Source: Octopus vulgaris
Lineage: Eukaryota
DNA: 64,000 nt
NCBI GenBank assembly: GCA_951406725.2
Contig: OX597832.1
Location: forward strand, 24,614,001 to 24,678,000
Direction: 5' to 3'
Shown piece by piece: positions 46,201 to 59,255 of the stretch (its first letter is position 1; the number at the start of each line of letters is the position of its first letter). The position numbers and the translations under genes are program-made. The notes below the pieces were generated by a model. The model was not told the DNA's origin and searched no databases. It saw only the letters and a program-made list of their open reading frames with translations.

Positions 46201-46378
46201 TGGATCCCACTTCATGGTGATGTAAGAAGGGGAAAACGTCGTCACACTTACATCGATAACTTGATTGTAGACACTGGTCTGGGATATATCCAGGACTTCG
46301 AGGCGGTGATGACAGACCGAGAAGTGTGGCGGTTAGACTTTGTTGTCCGGGTTGGAACCCGACCATAATGTTAATAAT
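46201..46378 (+). mobile_element. RTE-clade LINE 3' fragment
   Basis: 46201-46368 reads WIPLHGDVRRGKRRHTYIDNLIVDTGLGYIQDFEAVMTDREVWRLDFVVRVGTRP*, matching the RTE C-terminal G.R.RGRP..Y.D...DR..WR pattern. Not in the ORF track. Confidence 0.75.
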
Positions 46379-46551
46379 CTTTGTATACTATAGCCACAAG
46401 TCCTGAGGTTTAGGAGGAGAGGAAGAATCAATCACATCAACCCTAGTGTTTCACTGGTACTTTATTTATCGACCCAGAAAGGATAAAGGCAAAGTGGACC
46501 TCGGCGGAATAATAATAGTAGTCGTTTCTACTAAAGGGACAAGACCAGAAT

Positions 46552-46610
<59 letters not shown>

Positions 46611-46720
46611 ATAATAATGGTTCGTTAGCAGAGACAATAGAATAAATAGCAGACTTAAGTAATGGGATCAACTAAAAAAACTCAATGTCAGCAAACAAGT
46701 AAAATATAAAATATAATACA

Positions 46721-46782
<62 letters not shown>

Positions 46783-47565
46783 AAATATAATGCCAGAAGT
46801 ATGTTTTTCTATCTTCTTTTGCTTAGCTTGCAAAACGAAACATTGATATCGTGGGATATCATCTTAATTATGTAAAATCTATTTCGTTTCTAAATCCGTT
46901 GTTTCTAAATATCGTAACGATGAGGAAGGGGATGAGGAAGAGGATGAGGTGGAGGGGGGGGGGGCAGACAGTCAATGATGAGTTACCTCCTCTTCAATCC
47001 ATTTGTTTGTGAAAGTGAAACTAAATAGATTTTTTTCTTAATGGGACAGCTTAATGTTTGCGAGTATGAGACAAAGTCGCACGCAAACATACACCTACAC
47101 GTATACTTAGATGTGTGGGCTGTGTATTATACATACATACATACATACATACATACATACATACATACATACATACATACATACATAGACATACACTCAC
47201 ATATATAAATATATTAATAGCATGCTGTACATACATTAACATATACATGAAATTATGATTATATATGTGTGTGTGTGTGTGTGTGCGTGTGTGTGTGTGT
47301 GTATGTGCGTGCAAACACACCAACATCTTAAGCATTCAGAAACACCGATATGCGTGGGGGTTAATATAATACAGGCGCACACGAATAGATCCATGCACGC
47401 ACGCGCACTCACACACACACAAACACACACAGAGAGGTTTTACGCATGCATATACATATATATATGTATGTGTATGTATATACATATATATATGTATGTG
47501 TGTGTGTATGTATATATCTGGCTGAATGAACATATATCCATATATATCTATCTATCAATCTATCT

Positions 47566-47641
<76 letters not shown>

Positions 47642-47955
47642 GCATGTATATATATATGTATATATATAGATATATATATGTATATATATATGTGTGTGTG
47701 CGTGTATATATATATATGTATATATATATCAATAGCTATCTATCAATCTATCTATACATATACATACATATATATATATATACATACAAACATACACATA
47801 CATGCATATTTACATACACACACATACACACACAAATACACACACACACACACATATATATACATACATACCTACATCACAAAATATCAAGCGATGATAT
47901 AATTAAACATCGCGTGAAGCAAAATTTAGAAGCGTGTTCGATTCCTTATATATAT

Positions 47956-49074
47956 TGTTGTGGTTCGGCTGGTACAGTACTTCTTGACCTACTTTGCTGG
48001 CTTGGCGACTCAAAGTCTAGAATAAAAAGTTATAGTCCTTTGTTCACGATGGCTTTTGGAGGGACCCCTACCCCTTTTGCCGGTCAAGAAAGGGTCAGAG
48101 AAATGTGAGGGCCGAAGAAGACAGAGTAAGGAATCTGGGAGCTGTCATGGGAGATGACAGTAGATTAAGAGAGGAGAAGGGGTCAGAGAAATGTGAGGGC
48201 CGAGGAAGACAGAGTAAGGAATCTGGGAGCTGTCATGAGAGATGACAGTAGATTTAGAGAGGATGAGGGGCCGAGGAAGACAGGCAGATAGGACAAAGCG
48301 GCGATAGAGAGAATATTAGCAGTGCTAAGGGAGATTGGGGGTGGTGAGAGAGCAAGAGGTTTTGGCAGTCGGTATTTGGAGTCAAAGCGAGCGGTTGGAT
48401 TTAGGAGCGAGGATTTGGAGTTCGGGGCAAGAGTTTGGCAAGTTGGAGTTAGCGGTACTGAGAGAGATGAGGTGCAATATGAGACACTGGCTATTCTAGT
48501 AGGAACCAAGGTACGTGAACTGTGTATTGATATGTGAAGAAAAAGAAGGAAAAAGAATCGATGTATCGAAATGTTGAAAAGAAATGAGACAGTGAAAAGA
48601 ACAATGTGAACTGTGTAAAGACATTGTGTACAGAGTTGTTGAAGAGAGAACTGTGTAATGAACATTGTATATGCCTTTAATGTGATTTGAAATAGAACTG
48701 TTGTCTCCGAACGTGTACTCTTGAATTGCTGTTGTTATTGAACTTGATGTGTTGTTACCGGACAGTTTAAATGCTTTGATCTGTAGTATACCTGTATGAT
48801 GTATTGAGTTGTTGCTTGTATTTACCTCTTTTAAATGTATCTGATATGTATTTGATGTTGTAACAATTGATTGTCATAAACTAGTACGTTAAATGTAAGC
48901 CAGTTGTGCCTTGCCTCTTTGTGTCTCTCTCGATTGCCTCTGTGCTGCTGCTGCTGTTGTAGTCGTCTCTCTCTCTCCTCTCCGAGTTTCCGTGGCGAAA
49001 ATATTCGCTGATCGAACGGGCCTGTGTGAGGGATTCCGTAACAGCTTTCGTTCGACGGAGGTCCCCTCGTAACA
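47956..49074. mobile_element. Candidate solo LTR (~1.1 kb)
   Basis: TGTT...AACA termini with ATAT on both sides. Composition differs from the flanks. Internal ~90-bp direct repeat (48091-48180 / 48180-48265). Confidence 0.55.
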
Positions 49075-49086
49075 ATATATATATAT

Positions 49087-49250
49087 ACGACGGGCTTCTT
49101 TCAGTTTCCGTCTACCAAATCCGCTCACAAGGCTTTGGTCGGACCGAGGCTATAGTAAAAAACACTTGCTCAAGATGCCACGCAGTGGGACTGAACCCGG
49201 AACCATGTGGTTGATAAGCAAGCTATTACCACACAACCACTCCTGCGCCT
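49087..49250 (-). mobile_element. SINE-A, 5' half
   Basis: Head to internal (TA)n, next to the candidate LTR. Confidence 0.85.
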
Positions 49251-49422
49251 ATATTCATAACTTATATATATGTCTGCTGGGTGGGCGATATTTTTGCTAG
49301 CTCGTCACCATGTGTTGCCGCTAATTAGTGCAAGTGATAAATTCTGTGTTTTAAACAGATACCCAATTATAATTTTAATGAAATATTTGTATACTAATGC
49401 TTATTTGGCTTCTATTAGAACA

Positions 49423-49559
49423 ATTAATGAAGTTTTTAATATTAAAACAGAAATATATTTAATTTAAAGCTGATTGAAGGTTTTAAATTTCAATAAATAT
49501 ATATTTTAAGACATGATTTTGTGTAGGAGAAAACATTCAGTAAATTATCAATTGAAAGT

Positions 49560-49625
<66 letters not shown>

Positions 49626-49934
49626 GACTACTACCACCACTACCACCATTAGCCTCTAATTTTGGCACTAGTACAACAATTTCGGGATGGTGATAAGTCC
49701 AATGTAGTGATCCCAGAACTCAACTGGTGCTAATTTTATGGAACCCAGAAGAATGAATGGCAAAGTGGACCTCGGTGAAGTTTGAACTCAGAACTTCAAG
49801 ACGGACGAAATGCGGCTTAGCATTTTATCCGGCATTTTAATGATTCTACTACTACTACTACTACTACTACTACTGGTTTCAAGTCATCCCACAAAGGCGG
49901 CACTTTTGGGGGAAGGTAATGAGTCGGTTACAGC
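49423..49934 (+). repeat. Local segmental duplication, copy 1
   Basis: About 510 bp near-identical to 54950-55458, including non-TE AT-rich sequence, two (CTA)n tracts and SINE-B pieces. Confidence 0.92.
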
Positions 49935-50032
49935 TACTCCAGTGCATAACTGGTACTTATCTAATCGACCCCGACAGAATGGAAGACAAATTTGGCCTTA
50001 CCTACGATCTTTTATACTTCAATGCTTCAAAG

Positions 50033-50526
<494 letters not shown>

Positions 50527-50563
50527 GTATATATATAGATATATAGATATATATACTGAGAGA

Positions 50564-50618
<55 letters not shown>

Positions 50619-50929
50619 GAACACACACTGACGAAGAGATGTATGTATGCACACACATATATAACTGTATATATACAGATATATGTATATTTATATTTAT
50701 ATATGTCCAACTTTCAGAAGCCTATATAACTGCGTATATTTTTGTACACTTATGTATTGACAGGCCTATCTGTATCTACAACTATCAACCTATCTATCAT
50801 CTAAACAGACAGACAGACAGTCAGACAGATATGTTGATATAGGTATAGTTAAAAGTTATAGAAAGAGTACAGTTATATTGCCGACATAGGCCACCAACAG
50901 TCGGGTCGCTTATACACTTATGTATGTAG

Positions 50930-50961
<32 letters not shown>

Positions 50962-51489
50962 GTATGTATTTACATATATATAGGTGATTATATATGTATG
51001 TATGTACGTAGATATGTATGTATGTGCGTGTGTATTTATGTCTGTATGTGAATATATACACGTATGCACGCAAATACCGTACGCACACATTTCAATTTGA
51101 AGCTCATCTGATGCGTGGTGGAAAAAGTTTGAAGGGAAATCGATTCTAATTTCCGTTTCCGTCTAATCGATGAAAGAGAAATAGAACTCTTTTGTATTAA
51201 GAGGTGTACATTCAGACCAACTAACTCACTACAATGGCTACATTCCGTCGCCTCGTTTGAGAGGAAGCGACCTCATGTCGTCATATTAATTTAAGACTGC
51301 TTTACGAACACCTTTCGTGCTATATAAACATGGCGCACAATCACACACGAACGCAAAAGCTGTCACGCAAACGCACACATACTCAAACGCGTAATGGAAG
51401 TACATTTAAATATATAAGTGCTAAGGCGCGAAACACAATACCTTTGAATCACTGATGCTTCTGCTAAGTATTAATGGAAATATATATTG

Positions 51490-51523
<34 letters not shown>

Positions 51524-51735
51524 AATGACAACAATTATGATCTAAATAGAATTTATATATATATATATATACAGCCAGTAAGTTGTCATAATAGTGATCG
51601 TCCTATACTATAGATATATATATATACACTCATATTTTGTGTTCTAGTTTTTCCTGTTTGCATCCAAAAAACCTACATGTATGTATGTATATATGTATGT
51701 ATGTATGTATGTATGACTAACTATCAATCTGTCAG

Positions 51736-51799
<64 letters not shown>

Positions 51800-52283
51800 G
51801 ATGTTTCTATCTATCTTTGTCTTATATCTATACTCTTTGTTTTGCTCGTAAGTTAACCAAGCTGACATATCCCAATATATATATATTTTATATATGTATA
51901 TATATTAAAAATGGAAGGTAAAATGCTAGTTCTAGTGTGGTATAAATATTCATTATGTTGAGCACAAAGAAACCCGAAAATCAAAATTTTTCAACTTGGT
52001 GAGGTAGTCCAGGAAGTAAAAAATGTCAGGAAGAAGAATAATTGAAATAGGGCGGGTATGGAAACACACGCACACATTTACGTATGGAGAGTACATAGAA
52101 TATATTGAGTTATATATGTGTATACATGTGTGTGTGTGTGTTAGTGTGCATACATGCATTTACATTCATACAAAAATACACACATGCACAAACATATATA
52201 CTTATGTACACTAGACTATATGTATACATTAGACAACCCGTACTCTTTGGGTCACTGACGGTTCAGGTGATAAGACAATGAAG

Positions 52284-52322
<39 letters not shown>

Positions 52323-52615
52323 GAAAAGCAAAAGTTGTTTCTTTGGTGTGAATAAAATTAGTTTAAATATTTATATCTACACTGATTTTAGTAACAAAAG
52401 GAATAAAACTGTTCACCATTCTGTGATTGTCGATCGGAGATGACGAAGGGATAAACAGCAAGAAGAAGAAGAAGAAGAAGAAGAAGAAGAAGGAGAAGAA
52501 GAAGAAGCAGAAGAAGAAGAAGATGAAAAGAAGAAGAAGAATCAGAAGAAGAGGAATCGGAAGAAGAGGGAATAAGGAAAATTGGTAGAAGAAGAAGAAG
52601 AAGAAGAAGAAGAAG

Positions 52616-52647
<32 letters not shown>

Positions 52648-53160
52648 GAGGAATAGGAAAGGAGGAATAAGGAGAAAAAGAAGAAGAATCGGAAGATGAG
52701 GAATAAGAAAAAATGGAAGAAGAAGAAGAAGAAGAAGAAGAAGAAGAAGAAGAAGAAGAAGAAGAAGAAGAAGAAGAAGAAGAAGAAGAATTAAAAGATC
52801 AAGAATTAAAAGAAGAATTTAAAGACGGAGAAGAAAGAAGAAGCGAAAAACTAAAAGTATGCAAGTGCCTCGGGAAAACCAGAGAAGTTTGAAAAACCGT
52901 TCAGAACGGCGAGAAAGAAAAAAGATAAAAGATTAGTAAATAATAGAAACCTGAATTTCATTAAGTTACAAATGATTTATGTTACTAATGTTGACAATGA
53001 GGTTTCTCTTGTTTTGTTTTAGTCTAAGATTCATCATCTTTTGGCGGTTTTCTATTGCTATTTTAGGAGTCAGTAATTGCTGTACAATCAACAATTTATC
53101 AGGTGTCATACCAAACTGGTGCACGTAGAAGAATTATATACTGGGGTATATATATACATG

Positions 53161-53229
<69 letters not shown>

Positions 53230-53233
<4 letters not shown>

Positions 53234-53955
53234 ACAATGAAGGGTGAAATTAATTAATTTGGAACAATTATCAATTACACCAAGTAGTCATCGGCATGTA
53301 AAAGCCTCATTCGAGGAAAATTTAAGTAATACTAAGCAATTAAGGGTTTAGCAACGAATTGCCTTACCACACACCGAATTTAGAAATAGCAGTCAAAGAG
53401 ATTATGCCGAAGACTACTTGGTGTAATTGATAATTGTTCCAAATTAATTAATTTCACCCTTCATTGTTACTAATAAACCATATTCATCCCAGTAAATGAC
53501 CACAGCACTTTGTCTTGGCTACACGCGGGTGGGAAGGGACTGGTGACACAAGCTTTCATTCATACTTTGAATTTGGTGATACTAGCTGTGGCTTCTAGCT
53601 CGCTCTGATACTGAGTTGAGTTGGTGCCTTCTAGTATCTCAAAATTCAATATTCAATCATTCATGATTGTTTGTATCCTGCGCTGATGAAAGAAGAAGTC
53701 TGGGTAAAGTAGAGTTATCTAATTCTTATGCTTTCCTAAGACTTGATCTCGAAACGTACGTCCGTAGGTGACTTAAAACTGTATGATAGATTGCCGTTAA
53801 TTCATTCTCTTTTACCTGTTTGTGTTTGCCTTTCAAATGCTGTGCCTTTACTGTGATCTCCCTTTTAGTAGAAGAAATAGCTATAATCTCTTTGACTGCT
53901 ATTTCTAAATTCGGTGTGTGGTAAGGCAATTCGTTGCTAAACCCTTAATTGCTTA

Positions 53956-53959
<4 letters not shown>
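53230..53959 (+). mobile_element. Non-coding Penelope-like/retrozyme-like element with inverted end, flanked by (TA)n
   Basis: 53230-53297 is the reverse complement of 53404-53471, and 53329-53405 is the reverse complement of 53883-53959. Internal hammerhead motif. (TA)n on both sides. Homologous to 45086-45762. Confidence 0.8.
53677..53768 (+). ncRNA. Type I hammerhead ribozyme (long stem II, palindromic minimal stem III)
   Basis: CCUGCG-CUGAUGA-[stem II aagucu/agacuu, aaagua/ugcuuu, gaguua/uaauuc]-GAAA-CGUACG-UC-CGUAGG. Stem I is 6 bp. Predicted cleavage after GUC at 53762. Confidence 0.85.
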
Positions 53960-54021
<62 letters not shown>

Positions 54022-54084
54022 TTATGTATATATATGTGTGTACGTGTGTATAAATAAATAAATAAATGTATATATATATATGCG

Positions 54085-54320
54085 TGTGTGTGTTTGTGTG
54101 TCTGTGTTTGTCCCCCCAGCATTGCTTGACAACCGATGGTGGTGTGTTTACGTCCCCGTCACTTAGCGGTTCGGCAAAAGAGACCGATAGAATAAGTACT
54201 GGGCTTACAAAGAATAAGTCCCGGGGTCGATTTGCTCGACTAAAGGCGGTGCTCCAGCATGGCCGCAGCCAAATGACTGAAACAAGTAAAAGAGAGAGAG
54301 AGAAAAGAGAGTAAAAAGAG
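54085..54320 (+). mobile_element. SINE-A, 3' half
   Basis: tgtttgtcccc..gactgaaacaagtaaaagag. Confidence 0.85.
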
Positions 54321-54492
54321 ATATATCTGTGTGTGTGTGTGTGTGCGCGTGTGTATAAATATATATATATGTGTGTGTGTGTGAGTGCATGTGTTTAAAT
54401 ATGTATATATGTGTGTGTGTGTGTGTGTATAAATATATATATATATATGTGTGAGTGTGCGTGCGTGTGTATAAATATATATATATATATAT

Positions 54493-54835
54493 ACGAACAA
54501 AATGGACAGTGCTGAGTTGTCAAACATTTAAACCAAATTTTCTCAAAACAACTTGTCCGACCGTCCCATAGGCCTCCCCTTTGAGAAACACTGATTTAAC
54601 CTAAATTTGAGACACCAGCAAAAGACAGATTGCAACTGATGTACTTGCGCGTACAAATGTACGCTCCCACGGCTTTATCGATCGCATTCTCATCTGGAAT
54701 CGATTTTTGTAATTTTTGTGATGTAGATACCGTCGGTATCTACATATCAAATTTGAGCGCAATCGGATGGAAGATGACCGAGATCCTAGAAGACACACAG
54801 ACAGACAGAACGGATTTATATAATATATATATATA
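54493..54835 (-). mobile_element. Short Helitron-like repeat, copy 1
   Basis: Highly similar to 61636-61992. Has the same aaattt..atcgg..cagacagac..tttatataat end style as the 16.6-17.9 kb element. Lies in (TA)n. Confidence 0.55.
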
Positions 54836-54949
54836 TATATATATATGACCGACCAGACCATCAGATGTTGTTACACATCGCTGGTCACAATGCGTTCGCA
54901 TTGTTTTAGCCTTCGAATGACGCCACCCCGCTGGCTAAGCGAGCAGGCC

Positions 54950-55094
54950 ATTAATGAAGTTTTTAATATCAAAACAGAAATATATTTAATTTAAAGCTGA
55001 CTGAAGGTTTTAAATTTCAATAAATATATATTTTAAGACATGATTTTGTGTAGGAGAAAACAATCAGTAAATTATCAATTGAAAGTTACACATA

Positions 55095-55135
<41 letters not shown>

Positions 55136-55347
55136 TTACTACTACCTCCATTAGTATCTAATTTTGGCACTTGTACAACAATTTCAGGATGGTGATAAGT
55201 CCAGTGTAGTGATTCCAGAACTCAACTGGTGCTACTTTTATGGAACCCAAGAGAATGAATGGCAAAGTGGACCTCGGTGAAGTTTGAACTCAGAACTTTA
55301 AGACGGACGAAATGCGGCTTAGCATTTTATCCGGCATCTTAATGATT

Positions 55348-55400
<53 letters not shown>

Positions 55401-55458
55401 GGTTTCAAGTCATCCCACAAAGGTGGCAATTTAGGGAAGGTAATGAGTCGATTACAGC
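54950..55458 (+). repeat. Local segmental duplication, copy 2
   Basis: Matches 49423-49934. Confidence 0.92.
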
Positions 55459-55484
55459 GATTACAGCGTATATATCACGTGACA

Positions 55485-55518
<34 letters not shown>

Positions 55519-55905
55519 ACAGAATTACTTAGATATATAAATAAATAAAGACAGACCGACAGAGAATGACCAAACGAGTACGAATAAAGACAGATGAAGA
55601 AAGTATGCAAAATGTCCAGAAATATGCGAACCGTGTATTGTGGTGGAATATTCTTGAGGCGACTTTCTAAATTAAATTTTCTTTCAGTTGACGTTGTCTG
55701 TCGGTGTCTTAATTCGTTTTTCGTCTCACAACTGGTGTTGGTTTTAATATTTATTCGAGACAATAGTATTTTCATGTATGCTGTGTCGCTTGTATGTTTT
55801 CATCAGCAATAAGGTTTACTGACAACCATAATTGAAACGTTAAAGGTGTTTGACGAAATTCAAATGTTGAATTTATAACAGGATGCGATGCTAATGCAAT
55901 ACAAA

Positions 55906-55995
<90 letters not shown>

Positions 55996-56079
55996 ATTAT
56001 TTTTATTATCATTATCATTATTATTATCATTATTATTATTATTTTTATTATTATTATCATCATTATTATTATTATCATT

Positions 56080-58487
56080 TTTTTTTCTTCTTTCAAATTT
56101 GCTTCCATTTCTTGCCGAGTGTCTTCCCGACTCCTAGGGCAAAGAAACTCATAGTATACATCGGTAGGCCATTACACCAAACTCAATAGTTCGTTCATTT
56201 TTTTTTTTTTTTAAGTCAAATTAAAATACATGAGCAGCAACAATTCTCACATCGACAATGCTCTTCTCAATACATGTGATGTACCAGTTAAGACGATCTT
56301 TTGCACTTCTTGCAGGGATGGTAAGCCAGGGATCATTCTCATATAAATTTCGGTTCCCTTCTTGATCATTCCTAGTGCTCCTACGATCACTGGTATTGTA
56401 ACCGCCTTGAGATGCCACATTTTCTCAATTTCAATGAGTAGGTCTTTATATTTTCTGAGCTTGTCAAACTCTTTCGCTGAGATATTATGATCACAGGGGA
56501 TGCTCATGTCGATCAATAAGCAAACTTTATTGTTTTGGTCTTTCACAACAATATCTGGTTTATTGGCCTTGATGGTTCGGTCTGTATGTACAGGAAAGTC
56601 CCACAGAATGGTTACATTTTCTCCTTCAGTTACAGCCTCAGGGTGGTGATTATACCACTTGTCGGCAGTTTTGATATTGTAATGCCGACTTATTAGCCAG
56701 TGGAGATATTGGCCAACTCTGTCATGTCTTAATTTATACTCCACTGGTGCTAAGACTTTACATCCAGAGATTAGGTGGTCCACTGTTTCAATCATGTCGT
56801 TGCAGAATCGGCATTTTGGGTCTGCTCCATTTTTCATCACATTGGCCTGGTAGTTCCGGGTTAATAGGCTTTGATCTTGAGCAGCCAGGATGAAACCTTC
56901 GCTCTCTGCTTTTAGCCCTGAGCTCCGTAGCCACTGATGGGTTTGCTTCTGGTCAACATCAGCTTGTTTGCTGCGGGTCACATATTTGCCGTGCAGAGGT
57001 TTCTCCTCCCACCTATCAGCCAATTGCTCGTGCGCTTTTTTCGTTGCCATCATTTTCACCTTCTTTGCAACAATAGTTGCCGTACTTCCCTCGGGTTGTT
57101 CAGTTTGGGTATCCTGCACGAGATCAATAGCAAATTTTTTGCTTTCCTTTATGATAGAATGAAGCTTCTTTCGCCTCTCGTGATTTTCCACGAGCTTTAG
57201 CATCCAGTCATTCGATATTTCGAGATATTTGGCCAGTCCAATGGTGGTTGTTTTGTAAGCTAGTTCAAATTGGATCAGGCCTCGACCTCCTTGGGCTCTG
57301 GGAAGGTAAAGGCGATCTACGTCTGCCTTTGGGTGGTGCATCCTATTACAACTCAGCAGCTTGCGTATTTTCCTATCTATATTTTTTACTTCACTCATAT
57401 TCCAGTTCAACACATTGTAGCTATAAGTAACAACTGGAACCGCTAAGGAATTTATAGCTAACACCTTGTTACGTGCATTTAGTTCAGATTTCAGGACTGC
57501 ACGAACTCTCCTATAACATTCCTTCCTGATCTTCTCTTTCATGCTTGCATGCTGAATACCAGAGCCTTCATTTATCCCTAAATATTTGTATGTTTGTTCT
57601 TGCTCAAGCTCTCTTATGACTGTGTCAACATCTAACACGACTGAATTTGTGGTCTTCACTTTCCCTTTCTGGAAAGTGGCCTTGGCACACTTCTCAAGCC
57701 CAAACTCCATCCCGATGTCATCGCTGAATGCTTTCACGGTGCGCAATAGGCCTTCAAGTTCATTATTGTCTTTACCATAAAGTTTTAAGTCATCCATATA
57801 AAATAGATGGCTTATTTTTTTATTAGCAATTTTATACCCATACCCTGTTCTGTTTAATTCACTTGTAAGGGGTATTAGGGCTATGCAGAATATTAAAGGT
57901 GAAAGTGAGTCACCTTGAAAAATTCCACAGTTGATGTTTATATTTTCTGAGGCAAGTACTCCATTAGAGTGGTATAATTGGAGATTCGTATTCCACAACG
58001 ACATATTGTGCTTCAGGAAGTTTGAAATCACAGGGGAAATTTTGAAGATGTCCAGCGATCTCAAGATCCATGGATGTGGTATACTGTCGAAGGCCTTTTT
58101 ATAATCAATCCATGCGGTGCTGAGATTTCTGCGCTTGTTGTGACAGTTCTCAAGGATCATACGATTGATTAGCAGTTGATCTTTGCATCCGTAAGAGCCT
58201 CGGCGGCACCCTTTTTGTTCAATGGGGAAAATATCGTTCTTCTCCATGAATGCATATGTTTTCTCCGCCAGGATAGATGTTAGGATTTTATACGTGGTGG
58301 ATAGACAGGTTATAGGCCGATAGTTTTTTGGAAGGTTGGTTTCGTTATTCTTTGGGAGTAGGTAAGTAATGCCACTTGCTAACCATTCTGGTGTTTTCTT
58401 TGGGTCTCTCATAATTCCATTGAGCAGCTGAACTAGCTTACCGTGTGCGCATGGGAGTGATGCGAGTCAGAAATTCAGCACCCTATC
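56080..58487 (-). mobile_element. 5'-truncated R4/Dong-like non-LTR retrotransposon (RT + RLE) inserted in (TAA)n
   Basis: Contains the RT/RLE ORF and a ~165-nt 3' UTR (56246-56080) running into (TAA)n at 55906-56078. The 5' end stops at ~58487 in RT domain 0 (DRVLNF*LASLPCAHGKL, TGA at 58467-58469 where W is expected) and abuts another (TAA)n tract. Confidence 0.9.
56247..58412 (-). CDS. Reverse transcriptase + CCHC knuckle + PD-(D/E)xK restriction-like endonuclease, 721 aa, N-terminally truncated
   Basis: RT motifs NYRPITCL, EQKG, WIDYKKAFDSIPH, GIFQGDSLSPL, LFYMDDLKL, YKYLG. C-terminal CRFC..ETVDHLISGC, RHD, KPDIVVKD, LIDMSIP, KLRKY are typical of RLE-clade elements. No internal stops. 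Confidence 0.95.
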   Translation of the reverse strand: MRDPKKTPEWLASGITYLLPKNNETNLPKNYRPITCLSTTYKILTSILAEKTYAFMEKNDIFPIEQKGCRRGSYGCKDQLLINRMILENCHNKRRNLSTAWIDYKKAFDSIPHPWILRSLDIFKISPVISNFLKHNMSLWNTNLQLYHSNGVLASENININCGIFQGDSLSPLIFCIALIPLTSELNRTGYGYKIANKKISHLFYMDDLKLYGKDNNELEGLLRTVKAFSDDIGMEFGLEKCAKATFQKGKVKTTNSVVLDVDTVIRELEQEQTYKYLGINEGSGIQHASMKEKIRKECYRRVRAVLKSELNARNKVLAINSLAVPVVTYSYNVLNWNMSEVKNIDRKIRKLLSCNRMHHPKADVDRLYLPRAQGGRGLIQFELAYKTTTIGLAKYLEISNDWMLKLVENHERRKKLHSIIKESKKFAIDLVQDTQTEQPEGSTATIVAKKVKMMATKKAHEQLADRWEEKPLHGKYVTRSKQADVDQKQTHQWLRSSGLKAESEGFILAAQDQSLLTRNYQANVMKNGADPKCRFCNDMIETVDHLISGCKVLAPVEYKLRHDRVGQYLHWLISRHYNIKTADKWYNHHPEAVTEGENVTILWDFPVHTDRTIKANKPDIVVKDQNNKVCLLIDMSIPCDHNISAKEFDKLRKYKDLLIEIEKMWHLKAVTIPVIVGALGMIKKGTEIYMRMIPGLPSLQEVQKIVLTGTSHVLRRALSM

Positions 58488-58523
58488 TTATTATCATCAT
58501 TATTATTGTTATTGTTTTTATCA

Positions 58524-58621
<98 letters not shown>

Positions 58622-58635
58622 TTTATTTTTATTAT

Positions 58636-58725
58636 CACCTTCTTTCAATTCTGTTTGCATTTCTTGCCGAGTGTCTTCTGACACCTAGTGCAGAGAAAAG
58701 CACTGTATACATTGGCAGGCCATTA
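58636..58725 (-). mobile_element. Older 3'-UTR remnant of a related Dong-like element, with its own (TAA)n tail
   Basis: ttctttcaa..catttcttgccgagtgtcttc..gtatacat.gg.aggccatta aligns with 56087-56173. On the - strand it is followed by (TAA)n at 58488-58635. Confidence 0.8.
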
Positions 58726-58924
58726 AAATTAACACACCAGATAGTTCATTTACAAAGTCATGGATTTGCAGAAAAAGAAATCAATCAACGGATTTGCACC
58801 ATATGAATACAATCTTTAAGCGGAACAGTAAAACTTTGCAAGATGTTTCTGAGGTTTAAAATGTGACAATATTTTCGTTATCTACATTGCGAAGATGGAG
58901 CTTTGTAATTCTGTTAGCAATCAG

Positions 58925-59255
58925 CTCCTTCTTCAAAGTAAAAAACTCCAATGATTAAAAGCAGAGTAGACATATACAAATTCTGTGTGAATTAAGAAAA
59001 GGTGACGAGTGAAGATTTTGTAAATATGATTATAAAACTTCACCGTGTATTACCCAATTCTTTTCTGTTGTGGGTCTATATGTGTCATTGTTAGACTTTA
59101 TTCCGTAGTTGATATATATGGTGATGGCTTATAATCATATTTATAAAATTTTCACTCGTCACCATTTCTTACTCTACGAAAAACATGCACATGTCTTCAC
59201 ACTTATGGCTATGAAATCATAGTTCTTGAATTTAACCGGAAAATGAGGAAGGGTA
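58925..59255. repeat. Long degenerate inverted repeat (hairpin, MITE-like)
   Basis: aagaaaaggtgacgagtgaagattttgtaaatatgattataa (~58995-59036) pairs with ttataatcatatttataaaattttcactcgtcaccatttctt (~59129-59170). Weaker pairing continues inward and outward. Confidence 0.75.

Noticed and set aside
48183-48665. 160-aa minus-strand ORF
   Set aside because: Ser/Leu/Pro-biased, inside the candidate LTR, and without gag or pol motifs.
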